Assembly (NCBI GenBank): GCA_964270895.1
Contig: OZ185444.1
Origin: Podarcis filfolensis
Taxonomy: Eukaryota
Strand: one strand, 5' to 3'
Length of the DNA stretch: 64,000 bases
The notes under the pieces were generated by a model. That model had not been told where the DNA came from, did not search any database, and was given only the letters and a program-made list of their open reading frames with translations. The position numbers were made by a program, and so were the translations under genes. Below are positions 10,201-22,700 of this stretch, in pieces; position 1 is the first letter of the stretch; every line of letters starts with the position of its first letter.

Positions 10201-13140
10201 AAAATATCAACTGATGTCCTTAAGCTGTTGTTTATTATGTTTATTTTTAAAATAAAAAGTAATTAAAACTTAGGACAGTGTCTACCTGCTAATGGATTCT
10301 TCTAGTCCTTTGGGGCAGATTTAGGTAGGGAAGGGGAAATTGGCTGACAAGAGTCCAATGGGATGACATTCAAAAAAACAAAAACCTAATTCTGCTGACT
10401 CCTATTTTCTCTGCTGCTTCTCTACTAACTCCAGGCAATCCTGAACCATCATGTGAGAACAAGCATTGCACCATGGTACCTTTGCTGCAACCATCTGTGC
10501 ATATAGAGGATAAAGACCCAATCCCTGAAGAACAGGTACAAATATTATAGTCTGCAAAATTCACAAAATGTGTCAATATGTGTATGTTTATTTGATGATT
10601 GAGGGAAGTATAATAGTGTTCTGCAGTTGTATCAGGTTACTTTATTCAACAGATTAAGTAAATACATAAGCAGAGGATTTTTTCTGGAAAAACCTAATAA
10701 AAATATACATTTAAAATGTACCAAAAATTTGCTTCTCATAGAGTGGAAGCTTGAACATGATGAAAATGGTTGTCAGTTGCATCTTGTCACTTGCTATCTT
10801 TATTTGCTGCAATGTTTGTGCTGGCAAAGAAAATTTCTGCTGCTGTTATATAGGATAAGAGTCTAGTGCTAGGTTTATAGCAGGAATGAAAACCTATAGC
10901 CTTCGCATCAACCTGTATCAGCATGACCAGTGAACAGGAATGATGGGAGCTGTAGTCCAATAACTAATGGCAGGCCACTGATTTATCCAACCTTGACATT
11001 TTCTTAACATGTGACACCTTGGATGTAAGGCTATGATACTAGTGGTAAAGCATCATTTTAAATATACAAAGTGTTTAAGAAAGTGGGTCGCTATTGTCAA
11101 CTAAACATTTCAGCCACCTTAGAGAATCTGTTGACAGCCTTTGTGCGTCTGAACTATATAAACCTGAAATACCATAACTGACCTTGATTAACATTCTTTT
11201 AAATATTGGTAGAGTTATTTCAGAATTCCCCTTGGCCTATAAACCATACTTGGGATCCAAATCTTGTAGTTTAAATAAATGGTTAGGAACCATCACTGTC
11301 TTGCAGTATTTGAGTAATTTTTAGATGCAACAAGATGTTTGTTAACTTTTTCCTCAGGAACTTGAAGCATATGTTGATGATGCAGATATAGACAGCGAGT
11401 ATAAAAGAGATGACTTTTATTACTTTTCCCTGGAAGACAGAGAGAGGCAAAAACGTGAAAGAGAGGAATCCAAGAGAGTGCTGCAGGAATTAAAATCTGT
11501 GCTGGGATTTAAAGCTTCAGAGGCAGAAAGACAAAAGTGGAAGCAACTCCTGTTTAGTGATCATGGTAAGTGTTACTTTTGTTGTTAATTTAAGGAAATC
11601 TGTATGCAACTCTCTTTTCTGAATTGGTTTAGCTTTTGATGATCAGGAGTACAGTGGATGCTCGGGTTGCAAACATGATCTGTGCGGGATGCACGTTCGC
11701 AACCTGCGTCTGCGCATGTGCAAAGCGTGATTCAGTGCTTCTGCGCATGCGTGACTGCTGAAACCCGGAAGTAACCCATTCTGGTACTTCCGGGTTTCGG
11801 CAGTCCGCAACCCGAAAAAACGCAACCTGAAGCGGCTGTAACCCGAGGTATGACTGTAATACCTTACAGCTCCCAAGGTCCTAAAGTACTATACATTACA
11901 ACCACAACTTATACGTATTTAACCTGAGCTATTTCAACCTTGTGTGGTTGAAGGCTACTCATTGAAATTGCACAAATGCATGCAAGGCAGAGACCTTAAA
12001 GCTCTATTTGCATTAGGTTTTCTTGGTTTGGAAAGAGCCTCTAAGCTCTCTGACTTGAGCAAGGCCCATTCAGTGTGTGGGCTCTGGGATGCTGTTTCTC
12101 AAGATCTTGTGGGGCCATCCAAGGATAGGCTTGATGCACTGGGTGAGAGTTTCTCTAGACTCACAGAATTGTCAAGGGTATTCATAATTTGTTCTCTTGA
12201 AGGATCCTTACAGATTTTCCTTCTAGATCAGAGGTAGGGAATTTATCGGTGTGAGGGCCACATTCCCCTCTGAAGGCATCCAGAAGCAAACATGGGCAGA
12301 GCATGTTTTGCATTTATTCAGTAGCAACCAGTGGGAAGCAATGTAACAGCTCCAGTGTATGGGTGGTGAAATTACTAGATTTTTTTTTTAATTTTCCATT
12401 TTGTTTTATAGTTATTCTATCCCTCTTAATGTTTGAGAGGGCATATATACCTGTTACCTTATGTGTTCAGCATCCTCTGTAGTAAATGAAATTCATATTT
12501 TTTCACTGAGAGCAGTACATCCTTTAAAACTTACAGTGAAGTTATTTTGAATACTCATTCCATATTTCCCCTCTTTCAAGCTGCAATGAAACCCTTGCCT
12601 GGTACAGAGCAAGAGGAACCCATAAATGTTTTGGGATTGCCGAAGAATTCAGAATCAGGCAAGCAGGTGTGCAGCAGAGATGACAGCTTGGAAGAAGCAG
12701 TCTCTGACTTCAAAACACAAGCTACTGATGGTGAGAAAGATAGGGTAGAGTACCTCTCTGATGAATCTGGTAAGAACAAAAACGACATTGCTGCAAATGG
12801 TGACTCACCAGAAGTTGAAAAAAGAACGTGTTACCAATGCAATGGAGAAGGTGAAGAATCTGAGTCAGCTGGTGTGGACAGAGCTGATGTGTCACAGCCA
12901 CCTGAGAGAGATGCGTTACAGTCCTCCATCAAACAAAGACTGGCTGAGCTTCATATATCAGCAGATTTGAATTTCACATCAGGACTCGCAGCACAGGTTG
13001 CTGCCAGGTCACTGACATTTACAACCATGCAAGAGCAAACATTTGGCGATGAAGAGGAGGAGGAGGAGATACAAGAGAAGGAAGACTTTTTTGAAAAACA
13101 CAAAGGTGAAGTAAATGACTGCAAAAATGAAGAATCATAG
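960..13140 (+). CDS. VEZT: Vezatin, 3' part (5' exons lie outside the window). Coding exons 960-1135, 2910-3185, 5240-5377, 6154-6301, 7429-7760, 9680-9873, 10435-10535, 11358-11565, 12581-13140
   Basis: The spliced translation matches remembered human vezatin ([73 protein letters not shown]). All junction phases agree: 2133 nt = 711 codons including the stop. Confidence 0.97.
1229..1272. repeat. (TTTC)n microsatellite
   Basis: Direct reading. Confidence 0.95.
2066..2322 (+). mobile_element. tRNA-derived squamate SINE (Squam3-like), near full length
   Basis: A box tgtagtggttaagagc, B box ggttcgcgtct, core gggtgaccttgggccagtcac, (CTT)n-like tail. Confidence 0.8.
2910..3185 (+). CDS. VEZT: VEZT exon with the hydrophobic/transmembrane segments (DISLLFAF...SRGFTL)
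   Basis: ttttgcag acceptor, gtgagt donor; 276 nt. Confidence 0.95.
5240..5377 (+). CDS. VEZT: VEZT exon (VSAACP...LYMLK); alternative acceptor at 5228
   Basis: AG at 5238-5239; ends at the U12 donor ATATCCTT (5378). Confidence 0.93.
5378..6153 (+). other. VEZT: U12-type (minor spliceosome) AT-AC intron of VEZT
   Basis: 5' ATATCCTTTT; branch site GCCTTAAC at 6135-6142; terminal AC at 6152-6153. Splicing restores [12 protein letters not shown] in frame. Confidence 0.93.
5600..5690 (-). mobile_element. tRNA-SINE head fragment inside the VEZT U12 intron
   Basis: Reverse complement gives gttagagtgctggactgacaccaaggaaccagattcaaatctccactcagccatgaag. Confidence 0.55.
6154..6301 (+). CDS. VEZT: VEZT exon (YPLNSESDN...LPALK)
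   Basis: Follows the AC acceptor; gtaatc donor; 148 nt. Confidence 0.93.
6718..6967. mobile_element. Tc1/mariner (Tigger-like) MITE
   Basis: TA-CAGTAGTTCCTTGG ... CCAAGGTACGACTG-TA; internal hairpin tgattggctgcagg/cctgcagccaatca. Confidence 0.75.
7429..7760 (+). CDS. VEZT: VEZT exon (VLFQLW...KALLNE)
   Basis: ttgtag acceptor, gtaagc donor; 332 nt open. Confidence 0.95.
7857..8098 (+). mobile_element. Tc1/mariner (Tigger-like) MITE, family A
   Basis: TA-CAGTGGTACCTCGGGTTA ... TAACCCAAGGTACCATTG-TA; internal cttcaggtta repeats. Confidence 0.85.
9680..9873 (+). CDS. VEZT: VEZT exon ([10 protein letters not shown]...PEKK)
   Basis: tccag acceptor, gtaaat donor; 194 nt. Confidence 0.95.
10435..10535 (+). 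CDS. VEZT: VEZT exon (NPEPSCEN...DPIPEEQ)
   Basis: ccag acceptor, gtacaa donor; 101 nt. Confidence 0.92.
11358..11565 (+). CDS. VEZT: VEZT exon (ELEAYVDD...LLFSDH)
   Basis: ctcag acceptor, gtaagt donor; 208 nt. Confidence 0.95.
11652..11856. mobile_element. Tc1/mariner (Tigger-like) MITE in the last VEZT intron
   Basis: TA-CAGTGGATGCTCGGGTT ... AACCCGAGGTATGACTG-TA; CpG-rich, with internal palindromes. Confidence 0.75.
12581..13140 (+). CDS. VEZT: VEZT last coding exon, acidic C-terminus, TAG stop
   Basis: ttcaag acceptor; contains SIKQRLA and [16 protein letters not shown]. Confidence 0.95.
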
Positions 13141-16100
13141 AGCCCACCTAAAATTTGCCTTGCCTATTTGGACACAATGGAAGGCTAGTGGGATTAACAA
13201 CAGCAGCACATGCAAAGATTCAGCATTGATAACACTGGATGTTGAAGAGAAGATAACCATTAAAAATCATGACTTCTGTTGGACTTTACTAGTCTTTTGA
13301 AATATATCCATGTGCAAATATCAACTAGACTCCAAGTGTATAGTATGGTTCTTACAGGTACCACGAATGACTGGCATTTCTTTTAATATTTTATCTTTAT
13401 TTATTTATATTATTAGGCATTTTTTCCAAAAATGAAAAAGCAAATGGTCTAATTGTCATTTCCTTATTGCTTATTATAATGTTGACATTAATTATGCAAC
13501 TACTTGAAATGGTTCTTTAACAAGAACCTAACTCCATGTGGGTTTTTCTGCCCACTTTGTGTCCTCTCCTTTCTGCATTAGATCACGTAATGACCTGCAT
13601 ATTTGTCGAGCTGTTGGTTCATCAGGGCCACAGCCTAAGATGTGGACTGTTTTGTTTAATGAAAGCCATAGCTTGTGTATCCTGGGATGCTAACCTAAAA
13701 TAATAATAAGTTATTAGCAAAGGGTTACAAAGCAAAACAAAAACCCAGCACAATCTTCTATATTTTAACTTCTGGACTATGGAGAATAATTTGACTGTTT
13801 CATGTTTTTGCAGTGATTTTTCCGTGCAAACACTCCTAAGTTGTCACATGTGACCCCCCCCCCCTTTGCAGATAAGGGAAATTAAACAGATTCTGATCTG
13901 GTCTTCTCCCGTTTCTTTCCATCTGTTACCTTGTGTAGATAAAAACAACTTTACTTCTGCAGCAGAGACTAACTGAGACTTGGTGTCCTTTGATTTTAGT
14001 TTCTACTTTGTTTTCCATTGGGTCATATTCTCTGAAAATGCTCCATCCAAAGGTAACTCAGATTCTTTTTCTATTGGTTTCATGTTCCGTCTGATCTACA
14101 AGTGTTTTCATGTATTTCACTTCAGCACTTCCACCACCATTAGAGTAACTGCTTCAGCTGATTTTCCCTACTGTGGAAGGTGGTGGCGGCAGCTGTTGAC
14201 TTCCACACAAGGAATAAAGCCACAATAACTGTATTATTATTATTTATTGAATTTATATAGCGCCCTATACCCTGGAGGTCTCGGGTCGGTTCACAGAACA
14301 ATGTGAAATGATGGAGGGTATGCCTTGCTATTACGTTGTAGCAGCAATATGGTTGGCAGAGTCCCAGATTGGATCAAAACCCTAAGAATGCTCTATGTTC
14401 TGCAAGTTTTACAAGTATGTTTGCAACATCAAGTATAAAGCAAGGAATTCAACATCATGGTATTACGGTCACTTTGTTAGTGCAAGCAGTTCTGCTTGCC
14501 TCATGGAACAATCTACCCTCTCCTCCCCCTAATGCCCTGCTCCAGAGGGAGTCTCCTGATCCTCCAGAACTATTGGGGTACACGGGATGAGAGTGGAGGA
14601 AGCCGTATTGTGCTAGCATGACTTCTGCTGGCTTCCACCAGCGCAACACTCCGGACGAAAGTGCATTGCTTTGTTCAGTAGTGGAGTCAAATAAATGTAA
14701 CAATTCTGTTATCATAAATATGATTTCTTTCTAGTCTGGGGACTAGAAAAGTTACAGCATCCTGAATTTACTATAACATTTTAACGTAATTATTTTTTTT
14801 AATTTTTTTTCCAGTCATCACCCCAAAAGACAGAAATATATTCAGTTTCCTCCCAAAAGTCCCATTTTTCATTTCAGACTTTAAGAAAAAAGCAAAAAAC
14901 AACATCCATCTCACATATCTTTTCCCAAGGTTCTTCTTCTCCTACTTCATGTCCATACTTGGGCTTTTTCTTCTTCTCCTGTACAATGATCCTCTGCAGC
15001 TCATGGTGAGTTTGCAGGGGAAAATAATAATTTGAGTTTGGATCTGGCTTCATTCGTTGAGTTGTTCCTGAGTGCAGGTGGCTCCTTTGTATAAGCTGAA
15101 TAGCACAAAATCATGGGTACTTGCTCTCCTGGAATATTTCAAAATAAAGTACCAAGCAAAATGTGTAAATACTCAACAGCAATCTATATAAGAGTTCAAA
15201 CATAGTCTGTGACCCAGATGGGCATGTGTATGCACACTGGAATTTTCTGAGAACTTTAAAGAAATACTTTAAAGAAATGGCCCTGAAGGCCCCAAACACT
15301 TGAAACACTATGAACTCTATCCTTGGTTTAAGATTTTCTTTCTAGTGGGGGCAAAGCAACATTCTTATAAAAAGATATTGGCCATTATTTAAGATTCTCA
15401 TGTAAGACATTCCTTTGCAAATCATTAGCTTGAACTCTTCCATAATTCCTGTGATTTGTGTTACCTCAAAAAGACAAAATATCCAAACCCCAAGGTGCTC
15501 ATGGTGGACATGAACTGAAACCAATAATTTACTAATCTGAGCATGTGGAATTTAAGACAAAATAATTATTTTTCCATACCTGTCAGTGGCATAGCAAATA
15601 CAACTAGAAATATTGTGTGAAATCCTTGCTTGAGTATGTTCAGGGTAACTCTGCAGGCTGTTTTCAAGAGAACTGGAATACAAAAAGCAAATTAAAGTAC
15701 TGCAGTTATAACAGAAATCAGGGTACACTTCAGTATACTTTGATTACTATGTATTTTAGGTTATCAGAACACAGTGGACTTTAATTTTTTTCCCCTAGAC
15801 TCAATCACAAGCTTAGTCCAAAGCTTCCATTGCTTACTCATTCTTCATTTAAAACCTAGTCATATAATAAAAAAAATCTAGTTGTATAAGTTAAACCCAT
15901 AGGTGAGTACATCAGATCACCTATTTTTAATTTGAATTCCTAACAGGTAACATGTCTCCCTCTCTGTTCTCGTTAAGGACTCTCACAGTTCTTTCAAGGT
16001 TTTTTAAGCATACATTTTAGATCCTTCACACTGAAATCTTACACACTTTTACCTAGGTGTCACCCCCCAGAGTGTAGGACTTATTTCTGAGTTAACAGTG

Positions 16101-16408
16101 CAATCCCGTATGTGCACGTTGCTCAGTTCACTAAGGTCTTCCTAGTAATTTCTGGTTTCCCCTTTAACAGCAGTCCTGAATTCAATTACCGTGTGTGTGT
16201 GTATAGGTTTGCTTTTGGGCCCTGGGCATTAATTTATTTTGCTGACCCTTTTAGCTTCTCTCATATTTTAGTCTTGTTCACCAACAGACATACGTTGAAT
16301 TAATGGAAATAAAAAAGATGTTCAAAATACTTAATGTAAGTGAAGTGCTCTGAGCACTTAGCTATCTCAGAAATCTTTACAACAGCACTGAAGAGGAGGC
16401 TTGTGTGA

Positions 16409-16996
16409 TGTCACGGTCTGGCTGGATGCAGAGGAGTGGTGGGAGGCACCAGCTAGGTAATTCCCAAGGAAACCCCCAGGGGAAGAAGACTCCGAGCCAG
16501 GGGACTGGTGGTGGGATGACAATGAGTGGTAAGAGGGAGAAGAGGAAGCAGACTGGGAGGAGGAGGAGGTGTCAGATGCCGAAGAGGTAACAGGGTGATC
16601 AGGAAGAGGCTTTGGCAGAGAGCAGTTCAGACTCTGAGGCTGGAGAGGAGGTTGGCCAAGAGGCAGAGTTGAGACAGGCTGCTGAAGAACCTAGGGGGTC
16701 TCCCCATCCTGCTGTGACCAGCTCCTCCCCCCCTCTCCCTGGTCTCCTAGAAAACTCAGAGAAATGAAAAGAGCAGAGCAGAGATTGGTTTTATGCAGAC
16801 GCAGTTTGTAACTGTTTGGGAAAGATCCTGGCAAGGAGGAGCTTTAGAGAGCGGTGGGAAGGCAGGGACCTTCAGTCCTTGCAACTGCCTCAATGGGGGC
16901 AAGATCTACTGGGAAGAGATGCTGTTTTGGTTTATTTGAATAAAGAGTTAACGTCCTAACATTGTTGTTTTTATTGCCTGACTCTGGCTCCTGACA
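16409..16996 (+). mobile_element. Solo LTR (588 bp), probably Gypsy-type
   Basis: TGTCA...TGACA ends flanked by an exact 5-bp TSD TGTGA (16404-16408, 16997-17001); AATAAA at 16939-16944; purine-rich interior. Confidence 0.8.
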
Positions 16997-18689
16997 TGTG
17001 ATTATACTTGAATTATGGATTGGGGCTGGGATGGGGGGCAAACCACATGTGGAGCTGACATTTTGTTTTACTTTTAAACTAGTGCAAACCACTTTATAAG
17101 TGCTTACGTTTTGCTTTAAAGGTTACTATAACCAAAATAAGTATTAGAACATTGAGTGAAATTAAACATTCTATTACAAATATTCCATCTGTGCAAGCAT
17201 TGCAGTTTTCCAGATGGAACAATAGCCCCTCCCCCATGTGCTGTTTTGAGGGTACTCCCACCTCACCCCAGAGCCAGTTATGAGGGGGACATGCAGGGGG
17301 ATAGGATGTGGTAGGTGAATCTTGCCCTTTGTTTCTGATACCAAATTAGTTGAATTAAATTCACACTTTCACTGAATCATTTGCAATATTCAGTGTGGCT
17401 GTGTAGCCCAGAAAGGGTATTTTAAGATAAGCAGTCCAAAGGTTTTCACTTTCTCTTGAATGTTGTTCCATATCTTTGGTGTCTTTTACTCCTCTTAAAC
17501 AACCATTTCTTGACATATCATGGTTCATACTTAGATTTGTTCATTCTTCTCTAGAATCCAAAACTCATTGTCTGTGTTTTAAAAAAACTCTACTCTTCAT
17601 CGTGCAAATACATAGTTGTCCAGTTTGCAGTAAAATAGAAGGTGAGAGGGGCAAATATCTGCTTCATCAGCACTGCAGTTTTTGTCTATTTATATAAATG
17701 GTTGTTTATAACCTGACTTTCTACTGAAGATGAATTTCTTGCTAAATGATATTGGCAATGGCTAGTTATGCAATGCACAGTGCTGGCTCACTGTTCAGGC
17801 ACTTCACTAATGAATGTGGGTCGGTCCCGTCTTTATACCTGCTGACTGAAGTAAGGCACAGTATGTATTATTTTTCCTCATGCAGTAGCTCTGTGGGAAA
17901 CTCTTAATGATTCGGATAAGATCTTAATGACTCTGCAGCAGTCCAACACAACCTCTGCAGAGAGAGCTTCTTGTCACACCAAATGAAAAAGTTGTTAGCC
18001 AGAGACCATATGAGATTAATCAGTAGAGGGAAGCAGGCAGCACTTGAGGAGGCTGAAAGAGAATACTGGACACAAAAAGGCCTATAAAGGAGGGCTTCAT
18101 TCTGGATAAATCCCAGTCACCCTTTGCAGGGATAGTTGAAGTGTGGCCCCAGATATTGCTGACCATTGGCGATAATGGGAGTTGTAGTCCAACAACATTT
18201 GGAGGGCCGCAGGTTAGTGTGGTGGAGAGGCCAAGTTGGTAGCTTTTCTCCTAAGCTCTGTATTGCAGGCTGTGTACACTTCTGCAGATTAATGGCGGCT
18301 TTAAAATGCCATCAAGTTTCTGAAAAGTTGTCTGTACATAGTCTCAGACTCTGTTCTTGCCACTGTGGCAGCCTGTGATCACAATGGGAAAGTCAATTCC
18401 CTCTGCGACTTTACCTTAAGGTTAAGCCTGTACATGCAGCTGAGAGATTTCTCATCAATATATGAGGAGATGTCCCATCTCTACCTCACTGCTGCTGCTG
18501 CTTTGGAATGGAATTCATTTATACAGAGAGGGAACTTGGTTTTTCAGCCAGAAAGCAGAAAAGAGATGCTGCAACTGAGGCGAACAGTTTTCAGGAAGTG
18601 AATTTATATTGTGCTGAGATTGACAGGTGCTTAATTATGTGATGTAAGTTTCCTAGAACTAAAGGTCTGTTTTTTCAAGTTCTAATCAT

Positions 18690-18783
18690 TTATATTAGCT
18701 TAATTTGATGCTGATAAGCTTGTTTGCTAAAGAAGCCCTTTCCAGATTTCTGCTGCCTTTGTTTTGAATATTTGTTTGATACT
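18690..18783 (-). CDS. Candidate terminal coding exon of the C3orf20-like gene (VSNKYSK...IKLI*)
   Basis: Nearest phase-compatible acceptor (ctttgatag); no homology support; an alternative exists at 15095-15050. Confidence 0.4.
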
Positions 18784-19649
18784 CTATCAAAGTGTATACA
18801 GACAAATGCAAGTATTTCATGAGAAAGAGCAACACTACCAGCTGGATTGTCATTCTTTCCTGTGTAAGGAATCATACCTGTTTCCTAAACTAACAAGAAT
18901 GTACATAGGAGATTGTAACTTTTGAATAAGTACTTTATGTAATAAAACATTATTTCCTGTTTCTGAACTTCTCTATTAATTCTTCTGATGCTTGACTTAT
19001 ATAAACTGTACTTTTATATAACTTTCTGAATTTCTCCTTTCTCTCATTAAAAGTTATACTGCCCTCCTCATCCACTCTCTCTGCTGTGTTGCTTTGTCAC
19101 AACAATTCTTCAAATAATTTGCTGGTTTAGCCCCATAGACAAGGTTAGATGGGAACATGGATGGAGCTGAGCTTCGGGCAATGGCCATCCACACCGTGTA
19201 AGCAGGGTGCAAGGTCGTTTAAGAAAAAGTTGAATCAATACAGGGCTAAGACGCAGGGCTAAGTTTTACCCATTTGTTTGGCAATGATTTTGGGGGTTAG
19301 CTTGCCTGACTAGGAGCATCTCACCTGACAGCACATGGAAGATCTCAAGAATATTACATAGCACATTAAAACTAAAGTAGCCTTTAAAACCGTGTGCCCT
19401 TTTAAAATTTAATTGGTGTGCTGTATTTTAGCTCCACACACACACACCAATTAAACAACTACTGTGGATTTTTAACCTGTTAATTAAAACTTTGAATCCT
19501 AACATCAGAAAGAAACCGAAACAACTTCAAACTTCCACCACTCTGTGAAAGTGTCATAATATGATCTACCAAATTATCTATTATGATGGGATGCAACAAA
19601 CCACATTTAAAGCTATGTATCACAGGTATGTCTACACAGAGTAAAATAC

Positions 19650-19792
19650 CTCAGTCTATAATCAGGGGGTAAGTAGTAGCCCCTGTTGTAATTGTTCCTT
19701 GTCAGGGCAATCTGCTTTTGAAGATCTTTCACTGATTTGCTGTATCCATTGAAAATGTAGTTGGCAAAGAGCAGCTTTCCTCGAATGTACAT
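19650..19792 (-). CDS. C3orf20-like exon (MYIRGKLLF...GYYLPPDYRL)
   Basis: 143 nt, ends in phase 2. Confidence 0.9.
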
Positions 19793-22700
19793 CTGTCAAA
19801 AATACATAAAACATCAGCCTGTGAGTAGAATGCAAAAGCTGCCTTTGAGGAGACATACAGGAGAATGGGACGCGGTTTTGTCTGGAGCCACATTACCAAT
19901 TTTAAATTCATTAGCAGGCCATATCACACCATCATGAGTCATCCTGCTCACCTGCTGAACTGACTGCCCAGAACTAAGTACAATATCACAGCTTTCCCCA
20001 GCACTGGAGAGACCCAGCACCTTCTAAACCTTGGCTAGGGTGCCTCCATCACTGGCATTCTTCTGTATTGTAGCATGAACTAATGTTTAGTTTGTCACCT
20101 GCAAGACATCGTTAACCTTTTTAGCTCAACTGTTTTCAGCTAGGCGTTTGCCATCTTGCTCCTGGGGTAGTTCATTTTGTTTAGAGGCAGGCCAGTAATC
20201 CAGCTCATTAAGATTTGCTGTTTTTAGCCAATTGTAGGTTTCATGCTCCAGGCTATGGAAGTTTCTCAGTCAGCTTGTAGAAAGAGACACCACCTGCTTC
20301 AGGTTTGTAACCCATTTGTCTGAGTACAGGTGCTGGGGCTTGCTTCTGAGTAGATATGCACAGGATTGTCAGTTGTGGGGCAGCCTGGGCAGATTCAGGT
20401 CTGCATTTATGGAAACCCTCTCAAACAAAGGAGTCCTGAAAACTTTTGATGTTGCCCTCTATAGAGTGTTTGAATCGAAATGTAAAAGTTGAGGAAACTG
20501 AAACAGGTACCTTGAATAATGTTTGAGTTGATCACTTCTATGGGATAGTTTCAAGGATTTCTTTTATCCTAATGTAGCAGAGTTTGGGGAGAATGTTTCC
20601 TTACCTGCATAAAAAGAGGCAGCCAAATATTCTAGAAGAAGGGTCATAGCTCAGTGGCAGAGTGCATATTTTGCAGGCAAAAAGCCCAAGGGCCAGTCCC
20701 TGGTATCTTCGGTTGGGACAGACCCCTGTCTGGAAGCCTGGAGAGCTCCTGTCAGAATACTGAGCCTGGTGCATCAGTGGTCTGACTCGGTAAAGGCAGC
20801 TTCCTATATTCTCAACTAACACCAAGAGAAATAATTGGCCTACTTTGACAGTTGATAGGGCAAAAGCAATCAAGTGCAAAAGGTCATTCTTATAGGCCTT
20901 TCGTCAGTTAAGGTAATTGATTCAGGTAAGCCAAACTTGAAGAGACTGTGCACAAACCAGAAGACAGATAACACTATATTTCTGCTCTTTCATGACACAT
21001 TTTATTCACAACCATCGAAGATTATTATAAAAAATAACACTTGCTAACCTTGGTATTTGTCAGTTTGTAAAGGCTAAGCTATATTCATTATACAAAATTA
21101 TTTGCATGCTTACTTGGGAACAAGCTCCAGCAGATAGGCTAGGATTTTATAAATTTAGCTTCGGCTCTGCAGCTTGTGACAATTGTTTTCACATAATTTT
21201 TCTTTTTTTTAACTCGTGCTCCCCAGTTTGCACAAACATTCATGATAACCCTGGAAAACCATATATTTTATGAGACCTTGTTGCTCACTGGGTTGAAATT
21301 GAGGAGGAGTCAACAGTAGTGGTTCAGAAACTGAAGTAATTTGCAAATAGGAAGTAGCTGCAACAGATTAAAATGGAAGGGAAATCTCGTTTTATAGATT
21401 AGTAAATCTAGATGTAGGTGGACAGGGGCCCTCTGCTGGACAAACTTAGAAGTTACAGTTGCTTAGAGGTGACTACAAAGAGATATTTTGCTTCCTTGCT
21501 TGCTTGCTTGCTTGCTTACTTGCTTCTTGGACAGGAATCCAAGATGCTAGCATGTAAAAATACCCTTCAGGTGAGTCCAATGCGCTCATTTATTTATTTG
21601 CTTCTGGAAGAGCAGGTATACACTACTTACTGGATATAGGCATACAATGCCCAATGAAATAAGTGCTCATTAGTAACCAGGGAGAGAGTCATGGAGAAGA
21701 GGTCCAGTTGCCCCAGTAAGAATAAACCTTACTCTCAGTCCTGGGAAGTATTTGTCCTGCATTCATTTTAACAGAGTACAGTGGTACCTCGGGTTAAGTA
21801 CTTAGTTCATTTTGGAGGTCCATTCTTAACCTGAAACTGTTCTTAACCTGAAGCACCACTTTAGCTAATGGGGTCTCCCGCCGCCGCCGCCACACTATTT
21901 CTGTTCTCATCCTGAAGCAAAGTTCTTAACCCAAGGTACTATTTCTGGGTTAGCGGAGTCTGTAACCTGAAGCGTATGTAACCTGAAGCGTATGTAACCC
22001 AAGGTACCACTGTATTTTAAACATGTCCCTTGCATTGGGAAGGGATCATGCCAGCTATTTTGTTCTTGCTTCTGTTAGGCTCCACATTCAGAAAATAAGG
22101 TGGAGGAGTCACCTTTCTAGAGTTTATATCATTTGCTGACACAAACACATTATAGGCCCATTCACTATAGTGCTTCCATCTCTCCCCCTTTACCCAACTA
22201 TCTAAAACAGTGAGAGAATAGAGATATTTTCCTTAGTTCTCAGATCAGAAACATGAACAGTTGTTCTTACCAGACCCCTTTGAGGGAGAAACTGGAATTT
22301 TATGTCTTTTTCCAGTCAGTGCCATATCTTTCACTATTCTGCAGAACGAAACCAATCATCCTTATGTTCCAATTATTGTGATGACACTGATCCCAATGGA
22401 CAAGAGGAAGATGTCAGCATTGTCTTTGTTCTACATCGCCATTTGCTATGAAATGGGGAATAGACTGTCTTGAACGAAGAACACAAGAAGTAGACTCCAG
22501 CCATAGGATCTGGAAGCCATTTGCTCGGTATGAGTTGAAATGACCTAGATGTGCGACAGGAAGGTTATAACCTACCAAAAACATGCCAGGAGCAATATTA
22601 TGCCTTTTCACCAGTAGTGATCCACAGTGGCCTGTAAACTCATCTGCAGACCCAATATCGTATTTGAGCAGGCGAAAAGAGTCCAGACGACCCTACAAAA

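Noticed and set aside
13141-16400. miR-331/miR-3685-like hairpins, which lie near the VEZT 3' end in human
   Set aside because: I recognised no matching sequence or convincing pre-miRNA hairpin here.
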